64,000 nt of DNA, from NCBI RefSeq assembly GCF_000315625.1, contig NW_005434528.1, forward strand, positions 40,843 to 104,842, written 5' to 3'. This document shows, one piece after another, positions 12,345-23,366 of the stretch (position 1 is its first letter; every line of letters starts with the position of its first letter). The position numbers and the translations under genes were made by a program. Source of the stretch: Guillardia theta CCMP2712. Taxonomy: Eukaryota; Protista; Cryptophyta. Under the pieces are notes generated by a model. That model did not search any database. It was given only the letters and a program-made list of their open reading frames with translations, and was not told where the DNA came from.

Positions 12345-12640
12345 TGATGGAACGTATGCCAGCCGTGCCAGTCAGATAGCGCCGAGTTAACAAAAACTCT
12401 CCTGTAAACCAAGACGACTTACGTGTCAAGGCGGCTCATGTAGCGTGTGGGATGAAGAGGGGGCTTTCCTAGCCGTCTTGCTAAGGTCCTCACATGTCTG
12501 GATGCTTGGGTTTCACATCCTAGAATACAGTCTATCTCTCATGTGCTCCTCAATTCTGGTTTTGTGTGCCGCTGCCGGATTAAATTCGGTCTTGAGCAAA
12601 AACTGTCTTGTTACAACTAAGGTCGATGTGATGTCTGCGT
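12345..12640 (+). mobile_element. ~300-bp dispersed repeat, copy facing the GT2 gene from the left
   Basis: GCCAGTCAGATAGC, TGCTTGGGTTTCACATCCTAG and TTGAGCAAAAACTGTCTTGTTACAA recur reverse-complemented at 14903-15162 and partly at 51812-52005. Confidence 0.75.
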
Positions 12641-13206
12641 GACTTTGGACTAGTACAAGTCTAACAAACTTGTATTCCGTCAGTCAGTGCTGACAGTGAG
12701 CCCGGGGAGGCCCGGAGGCCCAGGGGCCCCCGTGGAGGAAGGCCCTGAGGCGGCGAGGCTGAGCGGCCAGCAGCGGTCGGCCACAATTATGTAACCTAGA
12801 ACCCCTGCTCTTGACCCCAGAAGTTGCGCATGAGAAGGGGGTGGAGTGAGCAGTAGATTGAGTAAAGTAGATTACCCGTCCGAAACTAATCAACATCCTG
12901 GGTGCGAGCAGGACAAGAGGAGGAGGGTACCGTGCGGTCAGGCAAGGGGAGGAAGCAGAGAGAGCTGGAGGGAGATAAGGCTGAGTCACATCATCAGCAT
13001 CATCAAGATTGATCCTCAGACGTGCAGGACGTGAAAGGCTCTCTGCCGCTTTTCAATTGAAGCAAGCGCCTGAGGTCAAGGGGGTTCATTGAAGTTGAAT
13101 TGACCACAGCCTGCATTATTGTCCTCCTGACTTGCACGCTCCCCCATGCTCAAGGGCTGCTGAGCGGGAGACTTCATATGTGCCGGATCAGTCGGTTCTC
13201 TCTCAT

Positions 13207-14682
13207 ATGAGGTCTCAGAAGCCTCGTGCTCAGAGCAGGACGGGGAGGAAGAGGCGATGTTTGGTTCCAACGTGTTTCTGCCTCCTCCTCTTTCAGGGGA
13301 TACTCACGACCGTCATCTTGAAGCAAATGCTTCATCTTGACAGGTCATCGCCGAGGAGAGCCCTGCAACGCTGGATAAAAGATCCTTTCAATGCTGTGAT
13401 GACGCGCATGTCCAAATCTCACCACAGAGCCCAGGGACAGGGAACTCCCAAGAACAGCTCTTACTTGAACGAGACTTATGCGCTTCACTACGGGTTGGGA
13501 CAGTTCCGAGATCCAGCAAGGATCGAGTTCCAGCTGGTGACCTCAGAGGACGATCCCGATCAAAGTATCGTGATCGCCTTTCACAACGCGCAATCTCACG
13601 TCCTGGAGACTCTACCCACTGTGCTCAACATGTCCTGCGGGTCTACTGAGCTCCTCCTGGTGCTGGACGCCTGCACTGACTCGACGCAAGAGATGATCCT
13701 GGGGCTCATCAACAGCAGCAGCTTCCAAGAAACCACCATCTTCACGCGGGTCCTTCTTGTCGTACAGCCGACGCCAGTGTGGGAGACTTCGTCGGAGAAC
13801 ATCGGATACAGGTTATCACGGGCCACTAAGGCGATCATCTCTGTTCAGGCCGACATGCTCGTGCAGGAAGTTTGTTTCAACCTTGCGATGTACATCCCCC
13901 TCCGAGTCTTCAACGATGTCTTTGCCGTGTCGGCCCGTTGCGCCCATGGGAACTCTAGAGCAGGAAGATGCGGGGTTAAGTATAACGATCCTTTGCCAGT
14001 CCACCAGCATTGCGATGCCAAGAAGTCTCTTGCTGTGAGAGGAACATGCAACCGAGGACCGCTTCTGTGGCATGCGCCCTCCCTGCGGCAGCTCGGGTTT
14101 CTTGATGAGGACGGGTTCTACCAAGGAGACGACGATCACGACCTCATAGCAAGAGCATACAGCAAGTTGCGCATGGTAGCTGGGTACTACTTCGTTGACA
14201 CCTACGGGCCCATGCGATGGGGAGCTACTCGCAACCCTGCTCCTCTGTCACCCCCAGCCCTTGCCTACCGGGACATGAGGCTTGCAGCAAGGAGGAGGAG
14301 AGCCCCCGTCAGATATCCGCGGGTCTCTCAAACTCGCTTGATGCTCTTCCTCAAAGTCATCTTCCTTCCAGTATGGACAGACGTCTGGGAGCAGACGGCA
14401 GACTTTGTGAGCGAGTTTCAGTCGAACCGCAGCATCGCCCTCGTTGCCATCGACTTTGGACTGGAAAGAGTCTGGCACAGGAGGATCGCAGGCTATGAGA
14501 AGATCCTAACGGTCGTGAGGGATGACAGAGGCAGGGTCTCCGACTGCAGGCTCTTGCTTCACTACCTCACGAGGTGGAAGTACGTGGTGTCAGCTGGAGA
14601 GTTTTTCATGCTGTGTCCTCATTCGACTAACGCGACTAGGAGCGACCCTCTGCTCAGACTGCCAGGATCTGCTGCTTGCTAG
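13207..14682 (+). CDS. Family 2 glycosyltransferase, type II membrane, single ORF
   Basis: TM segment after a basic N-terminus; SIVIAFHNAQ, LLVLDACTDST, QADML and GFLDEDGFYQGDDDHDLIARA are GT2-like motifs. First ATG at 13207. Confidence 0.85.
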   Translation: MRSQKPRAQSRTGRKRRCLVPTCFCLLLFQGILTTVILKQMLHLDRSSPRRALQRWIKDPFNAVMTRMSKSHHRAQGQGTPKNSSYLNETYALHYGLGQFRDPARIEFQLVTSEDDPDQSIVIAFHNAQSHVLETLPTVLNMSCGSTELLLVLDACTDSTQEMILGLINSSSFQETTIFTRVLLVVQPTPVWETSSENIGYRLSRATKAIISVQADMLVQEVCFNLAMYIPLRVFNDVFAVSARCAHGNSRAGRCGVKYNDPLPVHQHCDAKKSLAVRGTCNRGPLLWHAPSLRQLGFLDEDGFYQGDDDHDLIARAYSKLRMVAGYYFVDTYGPMRWGATRNPAPLSPPALAYRDMRLAARRRRAPVRYPRVSQTRLMLFLKVIFLPVWTDVWEQTADFVSEFQSNRSIALVAIDFGLERVWHRRIAGYEKILTVVRDDRGRVSDCRLLLHYLTRWKYVVSAGEFFMLCPHSTNATRSDPLLRLPGSAAC

Positions 14683-14902
14683 ATCAGGCCATGACTCAGT
14701 GACTATTTTCCAAGTTCTGTTTGCTGAAACATCCTGCACAGTCAGCCGCGCTCTAGCTGGCACTATCAAGTAAATTTCCAGCCCCTCTGTCACCGTAGTA
14801 GCCTCCCGGTACGTTTGCACCCGGTCACCTGCCATGCCCCGGGTCCGACACAGTACTACAGCCCGCAGTCTCCGCCCATGCCCCCGCAACCTGACTGAGC
14901 AC

Positions 14903-15162
14903 AAGTAACTTAAAGTTATCATAGTATGCAGATCGGACATCAATCCGACCTTTGTAACAAGACAGTTTTTGCTCAATACCGAGTTTAATGCACACGCAAC
15001 CAGAATTAAGAGATAGACTGTATGCTAGGATGTGAAACCCAAGCAGCAAGTAGGCCCCGGCGTCGCCTTGGTTTACCGCATAGTACAGGACTCCGCGCGC
15101 GGAGAGTTTTGTTAACTCGGCGGCTATCTGACTGGCACGGCGGCTGGCATGCGATCCGTCAA
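14903..15162 (-). mobile_element. Inverted copy of the ~300-bp dispersed repeat, right of the GT2 gene
   Basis: Reverse-complement similarity to 12345-12640, with indels. Confidence 0.75.
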
Positions 15163-15371
15163 CCCCCCCCCCCCGGGGCGGCCTTGACAGATGGCCCGGC
15201 GCCACGAGCCTCCGAGTCCGGCGAGCCCGGCGGTCAGGGTTCACGCCGCGGCCCCGGACCGGGAGCGACTCAGTCACTCAGTGGCAGCCGCATCCGATTC
15301 ACAGGCCTGGTTTGCCGGATACAATCCTGTGAAAGTAAGTTTTCCTTGAGATTACGAGGCAAGCAGCCGCC

Positions 15372-15441
15372 ATGGTGGAGGCGGCGAGGAAGAACTTCGA
15401 GTCGCTCATGGCGGAGATAAGCTCGGACGAGGTTCGTGTTT

Positions 15442-15536
<95 letters not shown>

Positions 15537-16569
15537 TCTGCTCCTGCTCCTGCTCCTGCTCTCTGCTCCTGCTCTCTTCTCCTGCTCTCTGCTCCTGCTC
15601 TCTTTTCCTGCTGCTGCTCCCTGCTCCCTGCTCCTGCTCTCTTCTCCTTGCTCTCTTCTCCTTGCTCCTGCTCTCTTTTCCTGCTCTCTTTTCCTGCTCC
15701 CTGCTCCCTGCTCCTCCGCAACATCCACTTTCATTTTCATCTTCCTCTCTCTCCGCTTCCTCCTTACCCAACACATGCTTACTTGAGCTTCTTTCTCCTC
15801 TCTGGCTCACTGGTTGAATTGGCAGGAGGCTCCAGTGACCAAGCAGGAGGAAAAGAAAGAGGAGCAGCAAAGTCCTCCTCCACCGCCCTCCACAGAGACG
15901 AAGAAAGATGAGGAGAAGGAGGAGGAGGAGGAGGAGGAGGAGCCTGCAGGTTTCAAGTATGCAGCGAGCGGCAAGGGGAAGAAAGGGCGCCAGCAGAAGA
16001 GGAAGGAGGCGAAGGCGGCGATGGAGAAGAAGCGGCAAGAGGAGGCGAAGGAGTCGATGAAGGGCTGGGTGGACCCGAGAGAGGAGGAGGACAAGAGCAT
16101 AGCGAAGCTGCTCGAGCCGCTGGGCATGCGAGTAAGGGACATCAAGCCCGACGGGAACTGCCTCTACCGCGCGCTCGCGGACCAGTGCCGAGAGCATCGG
16201 GACTCTCTCCCGGAGCAGCTGGGGAAGGAGGTGGAGAAGTGGGGGGGAGGAGATGAGGATGGTTACCGCAGCCTCCGCCGGGTGGCCGCAAACTTCCTGA
16301 GGTCGCACCAGGCAGAGTTCGAGGGGTTCGTGGAGGAAGCGGACTTCTCTTCGTACGCGCGGCAGGTGGAGGAGACGGCAGAGTGGGGAGGAGACATCGA
16401 GCTCATGGCGCTTGCTCGTGCCCTGCATGCCAACATTCACGTGTACAGCGCGAGGATGGACGAGCAGACCTTCAGTCCCTTCTCCCCCTCCTCCGTCCAC
16501 CTCCGGCTCTCCTTCCACCAGCACGCATACAGCCTGGGGGCTCACTACAACTCCGTCGTCCCTGCTTGA
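15372..16569 (+). CDS. OTU-domain deubiquitinase (OTU2/OTUD6-like), two exons 15372-15431 and 15826-16569
   Basis: IKPDGNCLYRAL (catalytic Cys), WGGDIELMALA and SLGAHYNSV (His). A phase-0 GT-AG intron 15432-15825 joins the exons in frame. Confidence 0.9.
15443..15715. repeat. (GCTCCT)n hexamer microsatellite filling the OTU intron
   Basis: Perfect, then degenerate, hexamer run. Confidence 0.92.
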
Positions 16570-17525
16570 ACCGTCACTGCCGCCGACACTGGTGGTGGTG
16601 GTGGTGGTGGTAGTGTTGGTCTGGCTGTGTTCAAGCTTGTGGAGCTGGACGGGAAAGAGGATGATACGATCAGAGTAAGAAGATTGAAACGTAGATCCCC
16701 TGTGATTCCCATGCTCGCCCCCTCCTCCTCCTCCTCCTCTTCCTCTTCGCTCTCCCCTCCTCTTCCTCTTCACTGTCCTCATCCTCCTAGCCCGTTCCCC
16801 TCAAACCTTGTCTCCTCCCCTCACTGTACTTACCTCCTCATCCAACTTCTCTGCCACCGGATCCTCTCTCTCCTCGTTGCTTCGTCACAGTGAATATTGG
16901 TGAGGAGGAGAGGAAAATTCTGCAGCTTGGAAGCAGGAGAGCAGGGAAGTAGGACGAGCAAGAGAAGTGAGGAAGAGAATTGGTGTGTAGAGAGGCAGGA
17001 CGGAGGAGTTGAAGGATGGAATGGAAGAAACCGACGATGATGAGTGTGTGGTGGAAGGAGAGGAGGAGGAGGAGGAGGAGGAGGAGAGGTCAGAATGAGC
17101 GAGAGATTGGATGATCAGGGGAGGAAGGAGGGAGTCAAGGATAAGGATAAGGACAATTAGAAGGAGGAGGCGGGGGAGGGGGAGGGGGAGGGGGAGGGGG
17201 CCTTGTTTTTATTATGACCAACTTTCGTCTCCATATTTTGAAATCGCAAGATGTGCCGGGAGCATAAGCACTAGCGCAATTAGAAGCAAGGACAGCTGCA
17301 GAGTGTGGAATGCGAGGAGAGGAGAGGAGGGGAGAGGACAGGGAGGAAGGGAGGACAGCAAAGTGCCGTCGCCTGCTCCTGCTCCACTTCCCGATCTTGG
17401 CTCCATCCGTCTCAAACCATGGCCTCTGCGTCCTAATCCAGCTCGGTATCCCACGGGGCAAACTGCGAGTGATCCACAACTTCCTCCCCCTGTACTGCGC
17501 CCCTGACTCCGTCGTAGGCAGATGC

Positions 17526-17723
17526 GTGATCGGTGCCGGGATTCTCATTGGGGGGGCTCGTCGCCCCAGACAAGCACATCCTTCCCCTCTTTCTCATTCC
17601 GCTCGAGGAGCCCGGCTCTCCCCCGGGGAGACGAAGGCTCCTCCAGTGGGAAGGGCGAAGAGGGGAAGGATGTGCTTGTCTTGGGAGGAGGACACCCGCT
17701 ATCACGATCTCAGCCCGGATCAC
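17526..17723. repeat. ~200-bp imperfect inverted repeat (hairpin)
   Basis: Perfect 24-bp arms 17568-17591 / 17658-17681; gap-free imperfect extension to 17526/17723; inner stem GAGGAGCC/GGCTCCTC. Confidence 0.85.
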
Positions 17724-17750
17724 TGCAGGCTCGAAAGGAGGAGTGACGGC

Positions 17751-17992
17751 NNNNNNNNNNNNNNNNNNNNNNNNNNNNNNNNNNNNNNNNNNNNNNNNNN
17801 NNNNNNNNNNNNNNNNNNNNNNNNNNNNNNNNNNNNNNNNNNNNNNNNNNNNNNNNNNNNNNNNNNNNNNNNNNNNNNNNNNNNNNNNNNNNNNNNNNNN
17901 NNNNNNNNNNNNNNNNNNNNNNNNNNNNNNNNNNNNNNNNNNNNNNNNNNNNNNNNNNNNNNNNNNNNNNNNNNNNNNNNNNNNNNNNNNNN
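17751..17992. other. Assembly gap (Ns)
   Basis: Run of n. Confidence 1.
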
Positions 17993-18013
17993 GGAGGGAG
18001 GGAGGAGGTCGAC

Positions 18014-21000
18014 CTGTCTGCTGGAGAAGTTGAGGCCCAAGTTGTGGATCATCACCTCAGCGTCGTCTGGCCTGACGTACCTGCTGCCCGTCAGCTGCTG
18101 CCCCACCTTACCAGCTCAGCTCACTCGGCAAAACCCTTGTCGAAATACTCCCAGGCGTTGCGCAGGGAATGGTCGACGACCTGCGGGAGGAGGAGCGGAA
18201 TAAGAGCGAGGAAAGATGGAGATTTGGAGAGAAGAGGGAGGCAAAGGAGGAGCACAAGGCAAGGCAGGGCAGGGAAGGGGAAGAGGAGAGGAGATAATGT
18301 GAGTAGAGGCGATGGAAAGTTTGGCAAAGAGGGGAGGAGAGCCGAAGGGAGGAGGGGAAGGAAGGAGGAGATGGAGGTAATTCCAGACCTCTTCCGTGCG
18401 GTATTGCTCTTCAGCTTCGACTTCCTGCGATGAGAAGTTCAGCCAGCAGTTGCTTGGTTCACGAGGAGGAAGACGAGGAGGAGGAATGCAAGGGAGGAGG
18501 ATGTGGTGGTGACGGAGATATGATTGTTCGATGAAGAGGATGGGAGAGAGGGAGGGCAGGAGGAGGAGAAAGAGGAGGAGGAGGAGGAGGAGGAGAAAGA
18601 GGAGGAGGAGGAGGAGGAGGAGGAGTAAGAGATCTGCACGGAGGAACGAACGAGGGATGACTGGAATCTGCTTCACCTGCTTGTCTATCACTTCGAACTC
18701 TTCGCCGCAGGGCTCTGGCTCCTCTTTGACCGCCTCCTCCGCCTCTTGTCCACCTGGGCCTCCGTCCTGACCTGTCCTGCTGACCTTCTGCGGGGGATCG
18801 CTGGAGTCCTCCTCCTCCAGCTTCCTCTTCATACCGACCTGCTCCTGCATCTTCGCCACGTTCTCCCTCGCGCGGTCTTGGATGTCCTTGAGGATTCTCG
18901 AGGCGAACATGTGCTCCAGCATCTCGTGGAAGAACTCCGCAAACAGCGATACCTGCGGGGAGTTAGTCGCGCGACTACGCAGCTTAGGGGGGGGGGGGGG
19001 TGTGGGCAGGTCGCGTCTCTCACCTCAAAGTTCTTCTCCAGCACATCGTCCAGGTTGTAGTCCAGCAGGCCGTCCAGGGAGATCAGACTCGCCTTGATCT
19101 GCCCCTTCCCGTCTCCTCCCTCCTCCCACTTGGGCCGCACGAGGATGCAAGGCTCCTCAGGGAAATCGAGCTTGATGGGTTCAGGAGGAGGAGGCCCCTT
19201 CACCTCCTCCTTCACCCCGTGCCCTCCTCCTCCTTCCTGCTCCGTCTTCACCTCCCCAGTGCTCGTTGCAAGCTGGCCTGAGGCGTCCGCGTCCTGCTGG
19301 ACCCCAGAGGATGTTGCCGGAACCACCGACTCAAGCTTCACCTCAGCAGATTTGCCGTCGCCGGGCTGGCCGGCCTCATTGATATTCCCAGCTCCTGCTG
19401 GTGTTTTGCGATCTCCTGTGGAGATACTCTCAGCAGCCGCGGCTTCAGCTTCTGCCGCCTGTTGATAAGATCAGGAATGTCCCAGCTCTCCTCCTGCTGC
19501 CGGTGAAGGTGAACAATTTCTCACCTTGGCTGCGGCTGCGGCTGCGGCTGCGGCTGCGGCAAGCTAAAGAGAAGTCAGAACGATGCGATGATGAGCGCGA
19601 GAAAGCAATGGAGGGAAAGAAGAGGTAGGAAAACCAACGAGGAGGAGCAGGAGGAGGAGGAGGAGAAGGAGGAGGAGAAAGAGGAGGTGGAGGAGGAGGA
19701 GGAGGAGGAATACAGTGTTGGAGGTTGGGTAAGGGGGACATCAAGTGGTTTGCAGGTAAAAGAATTGGTCTGACCTTGGCTGCCTCAGCAGCAGCAGCAG
19801 CAGCAGCAGCTCGCTTGATCTCTGCCTCCTTTGCAGCACGACGACGTTCCTCCATGTCCTTCTCCCATGCCGCATGGGCTGCGAAACAAGCTAATGAGGA
19901 ACAGAGGGCCATGGAGGAGAGGAGGAGGAGGATGATGCTAAGTGACGGAATGGTGAAAGGAGAAGAAGAAGGGGACAAGGAGAAGATAGAAGGAGATAGA
20001 AGTCGAGAGGAGAGCGACGAAAGGAGATAGCAGAGTCACAGGAGGCAAGTGGGAGTAGAAGAGAAAAGCGGAGGAGGAGGAGCAAGGGAGAGGCTGTTGA
20101 CCTTTGGAGTTGAGTTCATCCTCGAGGTTCGAAATACTCGAGGTGAATTGCTCGCGGTCGGGCATAGCTCCCTCGAGCTCTGGGAGGAAGATAATCGTAT
20201 GCTCCTCCTGCTCGGGATACCACTGGCCCTTGTACCTGAGAAGAGAGATAGGAAAGAGGAACAGCAGATCGAAGGAGAGTAGAGAGAAAAGAGGGTAGAT
20301 GGACGAGGAGGGTGAGAAAGACGAGAGAAAGAGAGAGATAGAGGGCATGTCAACGAGGGCCGCAAACATCGCACAAAAATCTACATCTCAGCTGGCCGGT
20401 TGTACTGGATCTCCATGAACCGATGCCACTTCTTGACCCCGCTGAGGTCCACGTCGATCGTCTCCTTGACGCAGCGGATGGCCGTGCGGATCAAGGCCTC
20501 GGTGTCGGGGCCAGTAGACCCTCCTCCATCCTTCTCCTCCATCCACATGCCCCCCATGCAGAACAGCCCATGCTTCTGGCTCTTCACGCACAGGAACTTG
20601 ATCATCTTGCCCAGGTGCGCCTTGGAAGTCCCACCTGCCTCCCACCAGAGGTCGGGCAGCCCTTGCAGCAGCATCACCTTCGCGTTGTACTTGACGGTGA
20701 ACTGATGAGGAGGAGCTTTGGACGGCTCTGCCAGCCTGCGGAAAAGGTGCTGATCCTTCTTAGCTCCGCAGAAGAACCTCGTCTTTGAAACCAGTGGCAG
20801 CTCCCCACCTTTTCCGAACTCCCCTTCGGGCCACAGGCACAGGGCCCTGCTGAAGTCTTGCGCGACATGGAGGCGAGGGTACCGCAGGCGCAGCTGCTGG
20901 TAGTCACGATGGACAGTGGAGAAGGGGAAAGGAGCGATCTTGAGCAGGTATCTTCCCTTCTCCGGTGTCAATCCTCCCTTGGATGAATCTGCCTTGACAT

Positions 21001-23366
21001 CCGGCAAGTTCCTCCGCGGGGACGGCATCTCCTTGAACGACCGATCCTCCATCCTCGGCTTCTCCGGCCCACGGTCTCGGTTCATCGGATCCTTTGGATG
21101 CCCATCCCTTCCTCGAGAAGGAGGAGGATCTCTCCCGTGGAACTTCTCCTGCCCAGACCGTCTGCCGCCGGACTCACCAGCTCGGCCTCCTCCTCCTCCT
21201 CCTCCTCCTCCTCCTCCTCCCCTGCACGGCCGATGGTATCAGACATCTACTTAATTCCTCCTCCTCATCGTCGTCATCATCATTCTCATCATCATCCTCA
21301 TCCTCGTCCTCATCAATCTCATGATAGTCGTCGTCGTCGTCATCATCATCATCATCATCATCATCACCTCTTCGGTCCTCCAACCATGGGCTGCAATCAC
21401 GAGTCAGACATCATCGTCGTTTCTCGTCAGGCCGGGGTAGGCAGAGAAGCAATGGCAGGTACCGGCGGCTTGCTCCTGTCCCCTCTCCCGAACCTCGAGT
21501 CCCTTCCTCCCCCTCTTCCACCAGAATCTTATGAACGAGTTAGAGCCAATAACGAGCACAGAAGCTGCAGCATACCTCCCTTCATGCTGGGGGGACCGTC
21601 CATGCCTCCTCCTCCAGATCCAAGGGATCCGCTTCTCCCGCCATAGCCCCCACCGTACATGCCCGACTTCTGCGAGCCTCCTCCACTCCATCCGCTCTGT
21701 GAGATCCCGGAGGGTCAAAGGGGACAAGGAAGGGTCCAACCTCACCCCATGGGACATGCTACCCTGACCGGACCAGCTGCTGCCCATCTGAGAGGCTCTT
21801 TGCGCCCGGATATGCTCTTGCTGCTGCATCAGCCTCTCCTGTCTCTCCTGCGAGCCGACAAGTCAGTTGGAGGCTGGAGGAAGCGAGAGGAGAGAGGTTG
21901 TCACTTGTTCTTTCTGTGCAGCAAGGCGAGCCTGCTGCTGCTCCAGCATCTGCTGCCTGTGGAGGTCTTGCGCCCTCCTCTGTTGCAGGGATGAGAGTGT
22001 ATCGAGACGAATGAGAAAAGTTCGATATCAGCGAGGACCGAACGACAGGTGGGAGGATGGAGAAGAGGAGGAGTACGCGGGACGATAGAGGAATCCACGA
22101 AAAGGCAGGAGGGAAAGAGTATAAAACGAAAAGGAGGAAGGTGAGACAAGGAGGATGGAAAGAAGGATGGAAAGAAGATGAGGAAGACAAAAGAAAGAAA
22201 ATGACAATTGACCTGATCCCTCGGGTCATCTCCTCGCTGTCCATGGCTCATCCCGCCGTAATCGTCTTGAGAGTATCCTACTCCAGCGAGATCAGGACAA
22301 GACTCTGACAAGTATGAATAGCTGTAAAGTGGACCTCGTTCGTAGCGGCTAGAGCCGTATCCTCCTCCCATCTCAGGAGGTACGTTTCCACGTCTAAGGC
22401 AGCGAGCGAGTGAGAGGGAGGGGAGGGAGGGAGGGAGGGGAGGGGGAGGGGGGGGAGGGAGGGAGGGAGTAAGAGGGACGATCATGGGGTGCCAATCGAG
22501 CTGCAGTGACTTCCTACCTGTCGAATCCTGACCTCGACGATTCTCCCCTGCTGTAGTACTCTCCGTACCGCCTTCCGCCCCGTCAGCATCATGGATGGGG
22601 CATCCTCATGGTCCTTACCTGTCGTTCGAGGGCTCTGACCCTTGCTGGAGCTGCTGAAGGAGAAGCATCTGGAGCTGCTCGTTCTGCAGCACAGCATGAA
22701 CAACACTGAGGGGGGGCAGGGAGGATGAGGTAGGAGCTACTGCGCCTTACCTGGTTCGACTGGTCGTACCCTGTACATTAAGTTGCATCAGTTGCTTGTT
22801 TGCCTCCTTCCAGTCACGAATCACCTGCCATTTGATCGCCAGGCCCGCCATAGCTCGAGTCCATCCCGCCGCCATAACCGTTGTATCCTCCTCGTGAGCC
22901 TCCGGAACCCCACTGATCCATCGCAGCGAGGAGTGACTGTGCAAGGAGATCGATCAGTCTCCTTCTTACTCTTGTTCTCTTCTTATCCCCCACTTAATAA
23001 CGTTTCTCTATATCCTCAACGCTCGACCGTATCCTGTTCTTAACAAGCCAATATCTGGCCCTATGATCTTCCTTCCATCGCTAAAATCGAAAACAACTGA
23101 TGCTTCTTCTGTTCGAAGAATGTCTCCGTGTCTCTCCATTCAATCAACACAAACCCTGCCTCAGCCCTTCATCCCTGAATTCCTCTGACCTCGCCTATCG
23201 ATGCCTCCTCCATTATGGTCGCTCGTTGACTGTAAAGATCTCCTTCATTCAGATTCATTCTCATCATCATCTTATTCTTCTTCCTCTTCCTGCTGTTGTT
23301 GGTGGTGTTGATTTTGCATCAGCAGCATCAACATCTCCTCCTGCTGTTTTCACCCTCCCTCGCCAT
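18014..23366 (-). CDS. CCAR1/DBC1-family nuclear protein, many exons; both ends approximate and a last exon may lie near 16830-16920
   Basis: YPRLHVAQDFS, KYNAKVMLLQG and ALIRTAIRCVKETIDVDLSGVKKWHRFMEIQYNR (DBC1 domain). ISLDGLLDY..FEVSLFAEFFHEML. EF-hand-like AWEYFDK..VMIHNLGLNFSSRQ. Gly/Tyr-rich N-terminal exons. Confidence 0.82.

Noticed and set aside
15270-16782. Minus-strand ORFs with GA, EQ or SR repeats
   Set aside because: Shadows of the (GCTCCT)n intron and the OTU exon.
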